Source: an uncultured Vampirovibrionales bacterium (GTDB lineage Bacteria > Cyanobacteriota > Vampirovibrionia > Vampirovibrionales > Vampirovibrionaceae). Taken from it: a DNA stretch of 64,000 nt. The stretch lies in contig CAYMIG010000004.1 in the NCBI GenBank assembly GCA_964390635.1, positions 1,057-65,056 on the forward strand, in the 5' to 3' direction. Below, piece by piece: positions 19,027 through 27,075 of the stretch. Position 1 is the first letter of the stretch. Every line of letters begins with the position of its first letter. The notes under the pieces are model-generated. The model made no database searches. It was not told the DNA's origin and worked only from the letters and a program-made list of their open reading frames with translations. A program made the translations under genes and the position numbers.

Positions 19027-20160
19027 TTATGACGAAGGGGCGAGCAGGGCGGCCTCGATTTCTTCGAGCACCGTGCCGGTTTCCCGCCGAGGGATTTCGA
19101 TGGCCTTGAAGGCGCAGGCGCCGACGCACAGGCCACAGTTGGCGCAACGACCCGCATCCACCACGGCCAGCCGCTTGAAGCGGGTGCCGTCGTTACCCCG
19201 ATCCACCATGGTGATGGCCTCATAGGGGCAATCGTGGTAGCACAAAGAGCAGCCGGTACAGTTTTCACGCACCACTTGGGCGTACTGGCCGCGCAGGGCC
19301 TTTTTCTGGATGTAGGGCAGCGCCAGCAGCAAGGCCGGGATGATGGCAATCACCACCAGGCAGATGAAGGCGGGGTTCATGCCCTCCACCGCCACCAGGT
19401 ACTGGGGCCAGGTGTAGAGCATATCGAAGTCCACCGCGGCGGCGGTCAGGGTCAGGTCAGGCTTTTGGCCCAGTCCCACCGGGTTCATGGCCGAAACTAC
19501 GAACAGGCCGCCGGTCAGCATGGCAATCAGCGGGCCGGGGGGCTCGGAGACCGGGCGGGTGATGCGCAGGTAATGCAGCCACAGCATAAACATCATCAGC
19601 AGCGGAATGCCCAGGTGCAGGAACAGGAACCGGGTGAGCGTGTAATCGGTAATGGTCTCCCCGGCCAGCAGGAACTCGGCCAACCCCTGGCCGACCCAGG
19701 GCATGGCTTTCAGGGAGTTCACGGTAATGTTGGTCAGGGTCACGGCCTCCTGGTCCCAAATCATCAGGTAGCCGCTGAGGCCGATGATGTAGGTGATGCT
19801 CAACAGGATAACCCCGGTAATCCAGGGCAGAATGCGGTATTCGCGGTAGCGATCGGTAAACCACACCCGGGCCATGTGCAGCAGCACGAAAATCATCATG
19901 CCGTCCCCGGCATAGCGGTGCACGGAGCGGAACAGGTTGCCAAAGGGCAGGTCGTAGGTAATGTAGCGCACGGTTTCGTAGGCCGTGGCCAGGGTGGGCT
20001 GGTAGTAGGCAAACAGCAGCAGCCCGGACAGGAACAGGGCCCAGATGAAGAAATTGGGCAGGGCGCCGTGGTAGTAGAAGGGGTTGTACTTCTGGGAGAA
20101 GACCGCGTTGAGGCCTTTTTCAATCCACAAGGTCGCTTTCTGTAACGGTTCGGTATACAC
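19027..20160 (-). CDS. Cytochrome b (bc/b6 type, four His) fused to a C-terminal 2x[4Fe-4S] ferredoxin
   Basis: RSVHRYAGDGMMIFVLLH and TRFLFLHLGIPLLMMFMLWLH; then CTGCSLCYHDCP and CANCGLCVGACA. Confidence 0.92.
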   Translation of the reverse strand: MYTEPLQKATLWIEKGLNAVFSQKYNPFYYHGALPNFFIWALFLSGLLLFAYYQPTLATAYETVRYITYDLPFGNLFRSVHRYAGDGMMIFVLLHMARVWFTDRYREYRILPWITGVILLSITYIIGLSGYLMIWDQEAVTLTNITVNSLKAMPWVGQGLAEFLLAGETITDYTLTRFLFLHLGIPLLMMFMLWLHYLRITRPVSEPPGPLIAMLTGGLFVVSAMNPVGLGQKPDLTLTAAAVDFDMLYTWPQYLVAVEGMNPAFICLVVIAIIPALLLALPYIQKKALRGQYAQVVRENCTGCSLCYHDCPYEAITMVDRGNDGTRFKRLAVVDAGRCANCGLCVGACAFKAIEIPRRETGTVLEEIEAALLAPSS

Positions 20161-20171
20161 GGGTCGGCTCC

Positions 20172-20447
20172 TTACTTCTTGCTTTCCTCATCCCCGGCGG
20201 TCACGAGATCGTTCTCGTAGCCCAGCAGGATGTAGGCGATACTGGCACCCAGCAGGGCCAGGCCCATCGCCCAGGAATAAGACTTGAGACCCACGATCAT
20301 GCGGGTCAGGATGGCGGGATCGCCCTTATCCATCGAGGTCTGGTAGGCATTGCCGACCACGGCGGTCTCGGCGTTGAACATGAAGTACACCCCCCCGGCC
20401 AGGGCCGCCAGGGCAATCAGGACAGCAAGTATCTCGCGGGGTTTCAT
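20172..20447 (-). CDS. Small two-TM membrane protein in the respiratory operon
   Basis: MKPREILAVLIAL...; ATG overlaps the stop of the upstream gene (ATGA). Confidence 0.75.
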   Translation of the reverse strand: MKPREILAVLIALAALAGGVYFMFNAETAVVGNAYQTSMDKGDPAILTRMIVGLKSYSWAMGLALLGASIAYILLGYENDLVTAGDEESKK

Positions 20448-20752
20448 GGCGTTGTCGAACCTCCAGACCGATCTCCGTACTGACGGCGGTATGCCCACTC
20501 AAACAGCCTCACCGGCCGGTGAACCTTGCCGCGCGTCCTCTCCTTGACATAGCTATCATACATTAAAACCGCCATCACCAGAACCAGCAGCACCGTGGCT
20601 CCCAGCCAGGGCAGCAACCGGGCCGGCTCCGGGGCGGCAAAAAAGGCCCGGGAGGCGTCGAACCACAGAGACATGCCATAGGTGGCCCCCAGAAACAGCA
20701 GCCACCATACCGGGGCGCTAAGCGGCTTGATTTGCGTGCCTTCCACCATCAT
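20444..20752 (-). CDS. Small two-TM membrane protein in the respiratory operon
   Basis: Two hydrophobic helices; start overlaps the cytochrome b stop. Confidence 0.75.
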   Translation of the reverse strand: MMVEGTQIKPLSAPVWWLLFLGATYGMSLWFDASRAFFAAPEPARLLPWLGATVLLVLVMAVLMYDSYVKERTRGKVHRPVRLFEWAYRRQYGDRSGGSTTP

Positions 20753-22317
20753 ACCGCCGGAGCTCCCTCAAGCTGGCCGGTGGCTTGGCGTTCTTCCCGC
20801 TCCCGGCGATCCAGCCAGAACAGGAAGCCGGCCACCAGCAACTGCAGTCCGGCATAGGTAAACCACAGCAGGCTCCAGTACCAGTTGGTCCAGTTGATGG
20901 CTTTGACCACCCCATCGGCATCCACCAAGCCGGCAGCGGTCATGGCCGCCTGGTAGTGCTCCGGGTTAAACATCATCTGGAACCAGGCCACCAGGGTGCT
21001 GCCCCCAAAGGCGTAGGCGTTGGTGGTTTCGTTCATCAGGGCCGGGTTTTCCACGATGTGATGCCAGAAGACCAGGTACCAGCCGCTGGTCACCAGGTTA
21101 AACAGCATCCAGAAGGTGAGCGGCAGGCGTTGCTTATACAGCCCCCAGTGCCAGAACTGGCCGATGGTGATCATCAGGATCATGTGGGCGTACCAGTAGG
21201 GGGGATCGGTCTCGATGTTGGCCATGTTGGCGATAATCAGGGCCGAGAACACCACGAACTCGATGGCGGCCATAATGCCGATAGTGGTGAAAATGGGCCG
21301 CCGCCAGGGGCTCTTTTCGGGACCCCAATCCAGGAAGGTCAGGCCGATGGTCACAAACGGGATGCCCAGCGTCCAAATGGTGGCCCAGTAGGGATCCATG
21401 TATTTGAGCAACTGGTACAGGGCCAGGAAGTACCAGTCGGAGAGGATGGGCAGGGGGGTGACTTCCGGGTTGGAACGGCTGCCCGACTCGGCGGGGAAGA
21501 TGATGGCCACGAACGTGAGCATCACCAGCATGGCCACCACGGCGCCCCGTTTCAGGTTCAACCGCTTCAGGCGGTTCTGGTAGAAGTAGATCTCCGACAG
21601 CACCAGCAGGATGAGGGAAAAGGCAAAGTGCAGGGAGTAGAACCGGGTCATGGTGGCCTGCCCGATGGAGCTGCCCCCCATCAGGATCTGGGAGGTGCTG
21701 AAGCCCTGGTGGGTCAGGTTGCCCACCAGCTTGGTCACCGCGCCAATGGCGTTGGGAATCAGCCAGGATCGCTTGTAGTTGGCAAAATCCCACGGCCAGG
21801 CCCAGCTGGCCGGGGTGATATCCAGGTAGGTGGGGAAGGTGGCGAAGACCTTGGTCGCCCAGAAGGCCCGCTGGTTCCAGATGAGCAGGTACCCGGTGAG
21901 GCCGGAGTACATGGCGATGACCAGCAGCAGGATGGCCAGGATAAAGGTCAGCTCGCCCTTGTTCTTGTATTCCGCGGCAAACCACATGCGGTACACCCGC
22001 AGGGTGGCGGCAATAATCATGGCGTCCCCGCTGTACTTGTGCATCCCGCGCAGGACGGAGCCCAGCGGGGTGTGGGAAAGCAGGTTGATGGAGTTATAGG
22101 CCTGGCCGGTGGTCGGCAGGTACAGGGCCACCAGGATGACGCCGCTGATGAGCACCACCATCCAGGCCAGGTAATACATGCCACCCAGCTGGTACCAGGG
22201 CGATTCCGCCTGCTGCTCCACCTTGGTCTCGTCAAAAAGGTCGATTTTCTGGATACGGTCCATCACCCAGGTCTTGGCGTCATTGGCCATGGCCATAGGG
22301 CTGCGAGCAAAAGCCAT
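20749..22317 (-). CDS. Cytochrome b (b6 plus subunit IV fused) retaining only the bL His pair, with extra C-terminal helices
   Basis: LRGMHKY...TLRVYR, GYLLIWNQRAFWA, TRFYSLHF...EIYF, PILSDWYFLALYQLLK, PWRRP. Confidence 0.9.
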   Translation of the reverse strand: MAFARSPMAMANDAKTWVMDRIQKIDLFDETKVEQQAESPWYQLGGMYYLAWMVVLISGVILVALYLPTTGQAYNSINLLSHTPLGSVLRGMHKYSGDAMIIAATLRVYRMWFAAEYKNKGELTFILAILLLVIAMYSGLTGYLLIWNQRAFWATKVFATFPTYLDITPASWAWPWDFANYKRSWLIPNAIGAVTKLVGNLTHQGFSTSQILMGGSSIGQATMTRFYSLHFAFSLILLVLSEIYFYQNRLKRLNLKRGAVVAMLVMLTFVAIIFPAESGSRSNPEVTPLPILSDWYFLALYQLLKYMDPYWATIWTLGIPFVTIGLTFLDWGPEKSPWRRPIFTTIGIMAAIEFVVFSALIIANMANIETDPPYWYAHMILMITIGQFWHWGLYKQRLPLTFWMLFNLVTSGWYLVFWHHIVENPALMNETTNAYAFGGSTLVAWFQMMFNPEHYQAAMTAAGLVDADGVVKAINWTNWYWSLLWFTYAGLQLLVAGFLFWLDRREREERQATGQLEGAPAV

Positions 22318-22973
22318 TACGCGATCCCTCCCGCTTCCAGCTTGGTAATCACCAGGTTGCCGCCCTCGATCTTGGCCTCAAACTGGCGAGGGGGACGAGG
22401 CGCCGGGCCGCTGACCACCTTGCCCCGAATGGGCTTTCCTTCCACCACCTGGGTTTGCAACGGATCATACACGCTCAAGTGGCAGGGACAAGCAAACAGG
22501 GGGTTCTTGGCCCCCGGGTAGTTGTAGGCAGCCGCCTCCGCCGGATCGGGCAGGTAATTAAACACGCAGCCCATGTGCGGACAAATGCGGTTGACGATGA
22601 TGAAGTCCTTGGCCGGGTCCACCGGGGGGCCTTCGGACAGGCGCACCGCAAAGCCGGGAATTTTGGACACCTGGAAGTTGCGGAAGGTGTACTCCTTGCT
22701 GCGTTGGCCAAAGATGAAGGGCTGCGCCGCCCAGCGGGCGGGGAACAGGGACAGGGGGATGATTACGTCCTCCTCCCGCTCCGGCATATCCGGCGGGGAG
22801 AACAGCCCACCCTTGCCCTCCCAGGCGATGGGGGCCTTGGAGGTGTCGATGCGGGTCGTGCTCAAGGGCCCAGAGGAAGGCCGCAGGTAACGGAACAGGG
22901 GCGAAACAAACAGGGCCAGGACGCCCAGCACGGGCAGGCTCACAATCAGTTTCAAAAAGTCGCGTCGGTTCAT
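22317..22973 (-). CDS. Rieske [2Fe-2S] protein of a cytochrome bc complex
   Basis: Tat-like NRRDFLK; CPHMGC and CPCHLSVY boxes; SGPAPRP. Confidence 0.95.
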   Translation of the reverse strand: MNRRDFLKLIVSLPVLGVLALFVSPLFRYLRPSSGPLSTTRIDTSKAPIAWEGKGGLFSPPDMPEREEDVIIPLSLFPARWAAQPFIFGQRSKEYTFRNFQVSKIPGFAVRLSEGPPVDPAKDFIIVNRICPHMGCVFNYLPDPAEAAAYNYPGAKNPLFACPCHLSVYDPLQTQVVEGKPIRGKVVSGPAPRPPRQFEAKIEGGNLVITKLEAGGIA

Positions 22974-22981
22974 AACTGGCT

Positions 22982-24148
22982 TTATCGACCTCCTTGATCG
23001 GCAGGCGTTTGCTTAGAGACCGGCTCCTCGCCCTTGCGGCTCTGGAAGGTCATGCCGCCGGTGACGTCATAGCCTTCCGGCATCTTGGGAGCCACCCAGG
23101 GGCGGCCATCCGGGCGATTGGCTTCCATCATACGGGTCCAGGGCCGGTTGGTCGGTACCAGACCACAAGATTGCAGGGATTGCAATCCGGCAGGCGGGGT
23201 ATCCGGGTTGAAGCCCAGATCCTTGTGTTCGGCGGCCAGCTTTTTCTGGAGATCCTTCAGGTCGTTGACGTAGGAGAAGCCCCGCACGTAACGCACCAGG
23301 TTCCAGATGAGCTTGTGGTCGAAGACGTACTGCACTTCCAGCTGCTGGGTCTTCTCGTTGGGCACGTAGTTCACGTTGCCGTACCAGGCGGGCATGGCCG
23401 AGGGGTAAATGCCTTCGCAGACATACTTGAAGATCTGGGCATCGGTACGGTTGTACATGCGCCGGAAATCATCGAAGCGGGCCGGTGCGGGCAGCAGGTC
23501 GTTGTGCAAGGGGGCGTCATGCAGGTGGTGATCGCCGGTTTTGCCCACATGCAGGGGCCCGTCGGCATGGCCGCGCTTGCCATGGCACACCGCGCAGTTG
23601 CCGCCAAAGATGTTGGCCACTTCCGGCGAGGCATCGTTGGGCTTTTGAATGTCCCCGGCCCCGGCCAGGTAGCGGGTATACATAATGACCGCCCAGCGGT
23701 CGTCACGGCTCATGTTCTGGCGGAAGCGCATAGGCTGGCCGTCTTTGCCCAGGTGGGCCTTGGGGAACACCGCCCGGCGCTGTTCGGTGGGCATCACCAC
23801 CGCCGGGGTCTCGCCCCGGGACAGGAACAGGTAGTAATCGATGGGGGTGGAGTAGGCCATGTCCTCCTTCACCTTTTGCTGTTGCCAGTAGCTGTTGGTG
23901 TGGCACTGGATACAGTTGTTCTGGAAGGCGTGGTAACCCTGGGACAGGGGCAGGGGGTTGGGAGGGAAGGCAAAATCGTCTTCCGCCAGCCGGGCGTCCA
24001 CCACCGGCTCACTGGTCACGTTACCCCGGGGCTGGATGTTCGATTCGGTGCTACAGCCGCCCAGGGCGAGGGCAGACAGCACAAAACCCGCCACCAGCAG
24101 CCGCGGCATCCAGCGAGGGGTCTGTAATGAGGTTTTCGGCAGGTCCAT
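22982..24148 (-). CDS. Lipoprotein diheme cytochrome c
   Basis: Lipobox ALGGC; CIQCH and CAVCH; SAMPAW as a candidate axial Met. Confidence 0.88.
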   Translation of the reverse strand: MDLPKTSLQTPRWMPRLLVAGFVLSALALGGCSTESNIQPRGNVTSEPVVDARLAEDDFAFPPNPLPLSQGYHAFQNNCIQCHTNSYWQQQKVKEDMAYSTPIDYYLFLSRGETPAVVMPTEQRRAVFPKAHLGKDGQPMRFRQNMSRDDRWAVIMYTRYLAGAGDIQKPNDASPEVANIFGGNCAVCHGKRGHADGPLHVGKTGDHHLHDAPLHNDLLPAPARFDDFRRMYNRTDAQIFKYVCEGIYPSAMPAWYGNVNYVPNEKTQQLEVQYVFDHKLIWNLVRYVRGFSYVNDLKDLQKKLAAEHKDLGFNPDTPPAGLQSLQSCGLVPTNRPWTRMMEANRPDGRPWVAPKMPEGYDVTGGMTFQSRKGEEPVSKQTPADQGGR

Positions 24149-24173
24149 TGCTCAATCCATCTTTCTCAAAGCG

Positions 24174-24350
24174 CTAGTATCCAAAGAAGGGGTACCAGGA
24201 AACGGCAGCCCAGGTCACAATCAGTGCAAAGAAAAGCCACAGGAACCAGGGCACCTTGTGCTCGCCCACCTCGAACTCGTCGTAGTCCGCCGTGTGGGGC
24301 GAGCTTTGCTCCGCCGGAACCGCTTCAACAGGTTTGCTTTCATCCGCCAT
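24174..24350 (-). CDS. 58-aa stand-alone CcoP/FixP N-terminal-like membrane peptide (not in the ORF track)
   Basis: MADESKPVEAVPAEQSSPHTADYDEFEVGEHKVPWFLWLFFALIVTWAAVSWYPFFGY*; resembles the H-x-YDGIxExDNPLPxWWLWLF motif. Confidence 0.7.
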   Translation of the reverse strand: MADESKPVEAVPAEQSSPHTADYDEFEVGEHKVPWFLWLFFALIVTWAAVSWYPFFGY

Positions 24351-24361
24351 GGTCGTGCTTC

Positions 24362-24532
24362 CTATTCTTCATCCCGCAGCATGCGGTACTTGGAGTCTTC
24401 CAGATCGGCCAGCTTGCCGGTTTTAGAGGCCCAGAACATCCCGCCAAAGGCGATCAGGAAAAACAGGCCGCAAATGGCGAAGGCTGCGATATAACCGGGG
24501 CCAATCCCTCCGGACAGGCAGGACGGGCACAT
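24362..24532 (-). CDS. ccoS: CcoS/FixS-like cbb3 oxidase maturation protein (56 aa, not in the ORF track)
   Basis: MCPSCLSGGIGPGYIAAFAICGLFFLIAFGGMFWASKTGKLADLEDSKYRMLRDEE*; matches the FWAxxxGxxxDLExxxxRxLxD pattern; start overlaps the ccoO stop. Confidence 0.75.
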   Translation of the reverse strand: MCPSCLSGGIGPGYIAAFAICGLFFLIAFGGMFWASKTGKLADLEDSKYRMLRDEE

Positions 24533-25569
24533 CAGTGGCGCCCTCCGCCGTACACGTAACGGCTGTCACGGTGCAACTGGTCCAGCTCCTCGATTTGGTT
24601 GTAGTTTTCAGACATCATGTCCGGATCATCCAGCTGGCTGTACTTCACTGTTTCAATAGCCGCCGCCGGCTCAATGCCATCGGTGGGCAAGGTTTTCAGG
24701 AAGGCCACCAGGTAGGCCATTTGCTGCTCGCTGAGAGAGCGCTCCCAGCGGGGCATGCGGGTGCCGGCCACCCCTTCCTTGACCCGCCAGTACCACATGG
24801 AATCCTTGTAGGCCTTGTAGAAAGGACGGGTAAAGTTGGCGGGCTTTTTCAGCATGGTGGCGCTCATGGGCCCGTTGCCGCGGCCGGTCACGCCGTGGCA
24901 CACCGCGCAGTTCTGCATGAAGATGCCCCGGCCCGAGTTGGCGATGGCCGCATCGTTCACCGGCACCTTTTCGGAAATGCGGGCCCACTGGTCCCGAAGC
25001 TCTTGAGGGGCCTCAATCCAGGTAATGGGTTCTTTTTCCCATTCGGAGTTTCCGTGGGCGGCCTTTTCACCGGCTTGGCGGCGCACGCCCCGGCGAGCCA
25101 CCAGCTCCCGTTCGCGGCCCAGGGTTTGCAGGTAGGCGATGAGATCACTCATGTCCTCATCGGAGAGATAGCTGAAGGAGGGCATCAGGGAGCCCGGCTT
25201 CACCGCGCGGGGCTGGGTGTGGTGGGCCCAGTGCCAGGCATCGGGGTACTTGCCGCCGATATTGGAGAGATCCGGGCCAGTCCGCTCGGTACCCAGCAGG
25301 TGGGGAGTCTCATGCACGTAGTCACCGGCAGCCACCATCTCGCCCATCTCCCGGTCCTGGTAGCGCACAAACTGGGTATGGCAGTACACGCAGCCCTCCC
25401 GGCGGTAGACTTCGCGCCCCCGCAGCTCCTTGGGGGTATACACCGTGGCCGCGGCGGAGGCTTCCGGCTGGAAGGTGGTGGCGGGCAGGATGGCCGTGAC
25501 AAAGATGATGGTCAAGAAGATCAGGGCCACAAACAAGCCGGCGATGTAGTAGTTGAATCTGTTGTCCAT
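24532..25569 (-). CDS. ccoO: cbb3-type oxidase subunit II (CcoO) fused to a second cytochrome c domain
   Basis: GREVYRREGCVYCHTQFVR, GTERTGPDL and SLMP; second heme site CAVCH with TRMP. Confidence 0.92.
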   Translation of the reverse strand: MDNRFNYYIAGLFVALIFLTIIFVTAILPATTFQPEASAAATVYTPKELRGREVYRREGCVYCHTQFVRYQDREMGEMVAAGDYVHETPHLLGTERTGPDLSNIGGKYPDAWHWAHHTQPRAVKPGSLMPSFSYLSDEDMSDLIAYLQTLGRERELVARRGVRRQAGEKAAHGNSEWEKEPITWIEAPQELRDQWARISEKVPVNDAAIANSGRGIFMQNCAVCHGVTGRGNGPMSATMLKKPANFTRPFYKAYKDSMWYWRVKEGVAGTRMPRWERSLSEQQMAYLVAFLKTLPTDGIEPAAAIETVKYSQLDDPDMMSENYNQIEELDQLHRDSRYVYGGGRH

Positions 25570-25595
25570 AGGCTGAGGCTTCCTGTCATCCTTTC

Positions 25596-27002
25596 TTAAA
25601 CATAGGCGATCCCGGTGGGAGACTCGGGGGCAGGCTCAGCCTGGTCCGAAAACACCGTCTTGTAGATGTTCACCATATAGAGCACCGAGGCGGCCACGAT
25701 CATCACCCCGGAGATCCAGCGGACGATGAAGTAGGGCACCATCTCCATGACCAGCTGGTCGTAAGGCAGCGTGAAGTGCCAGCCCGCCGCCTGGATGAGA
25801 CCGGCAATGGTAAGCGAAATCATCATGATGATCCACCCCAGGAAGGCCAGCCAGAAGTGCCAGATGGCCAGGGCCCGGCTGTAGATTTTGCGCCCGGTGA
25901 TCTTGGGGATGATGTAGTAGGAGGCCGCAAACACAATGAAGGTGAAGGTGGCCAACAGGGCCATGTGGGCGTGGGCCACCACCCAGTTGGAGAAGTGCAG
26001 GTACCAGTTGATGCCCCGGGTGGCCTGGAAGGGCCCCTGGATACAGGTCAACAGGTAGGCCAGGCCGGAGGCCATGGCAAAGCGCATGGGGATATGGTCC
26101 ACCATCAGGTGCCACTTGCCCTTCAGGGTCATAAAGAAGTTGGTCAACACCGTGAGCACCGGAATCAGCAGGAAGACGCTGGAAATGACCGCAATGGCCT
26201 TCAGCCACTCCGGCACCGGCGATTGCAGAATGTGGTGGGTGCCGGTGGGCGCATAGAACATACCAATGGTCCAGAACCCGATCATGGACAAAGTGTGGGA
26301 GTAAAGCGGGTTGCCGGAGAAGCGGGGCAGCAGGTAATACAGGATACCCACCCCGCCCACGGTAAACCACATCCCCAGTATGTTGTGCCCGTAGAACCAG
26401 CCGGCGATGGCGTCATTCAGGCCGGTAAACTGCACAAAGGCCCGGTTGCCAATCAGGTACACGATGGGGAACCAGAACAAAGCCCCCATAAAGTACCACA
26501 GGCTGACGTACCACTTTTTCTCGGTGCCGGTAAAAACGGTCATATACACGTTCAAGCCGGTCATCAGCAGGGCAGCCAGCACCAGCCAGTCGTAGATCCC
26601 GTTCAGCTCGGCATATTCCCGACCCTCGGTAAAGCCGTTCAGGATGCCCCACACCCCGAAAAAGATGGTAAAGTTCCAGGCCACCATGGTGATATTTCCC
26701 AACATCTCGCTCCACATGCCCTTGCGACCGGCCAGGACCGGTACAATATAGAACATGCAGGCCACATACCCCATGGACAACCAGCCAACCAGCACCGTGT
26801 TGGTATGGGCCGGACGCAGCCGCCCAAAGGAGAGCTGGGGAATGCCATGGATGAGATCCGGGCTGGACATGAGCGACGCCGCCAGCAGGCCGAAGCCGGT
26901 GCCCAGCACCAGGTAGAAAATGGCACAAATCAGGAAATTGCGGCTGGCGCTATAGGGCTCATTGCTGAAAACGGCCCGCCAGGCTTGAGTGAGAACTTGC
27001 AT
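25596..27002 (-). CDS. ccoN: C-family (cbb3-type) heme-copper oxygen reductase subunit I
   Basis: GRLRPAHTN, REYAE, WFYGHN, FYAPTGTHH (helix VII Tyr), WVVAHAH, HFWL. Confidence 0.95.
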   Translation of the reverse strand: MQVLTQAWRAVFSNEPYSASRNFLICAIFYLVLGTGFGLLAASLMSSPDLIHGIPQLSFGRLRPAHTNTVLVGWLSMGYVACMFYIVPVLAGRKGMWSEMLGNITMVAWNFTIFFGVWGILNGFTEGREYAELNGIYDWLVLAALLMTGLNVYMTVFTGTEKKWYVSLWYFMGALFWFPIVYLIGNRAFVQFTGLNDAIAGWFYGHNILGMWFTVGGVGILYYLLPRFSGNPLYSHTLSMIGFWTIGMFYAPTGTHHILQSPVPEWLKAIAVISSVFLLIPVLTVLTNFFMTLKGKWHLMVDHIPMRFAMASGLAYLLTCIQGPFQATRGINWYLHFSNWVVAHAHMALLATFTFIVFAASYYIIPKITGRKIYSRALAIWHFWLAFLGWIIMMISLTIAGLIQAAGWHFTLPYDQLVMEMVPYFIVRWISGVMIVAASVLYMVNIYKTVFSDQAEPAPESPTGIAYV

Positions 27003-27041
27003 ATGCGTATCAGTACTCCAGACTCGGAACTTGCGCTTTGG

Positions 27042-27073
27042 GGGTGGATCTGATTACCGGGTAATCTCCACCC
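27042..27073. repeat. Inverted repeat over the predicted ccoN transcription start
   Basis: GGGTGGA-TCT-GATTACC-G-GGTAATC-TCCACCC. Confidence 0.7.
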
Positions 27074-27075
27074 TC

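Noticed and set aside
25596-27002. Possibility that the heme-copper enzyme is a nitric oxide reductase
   Set aside because: Helix VI reads GHNILG rather than HLWVEG and the helix VII Tyr is present, consistent with a C-family oxygen reductase.
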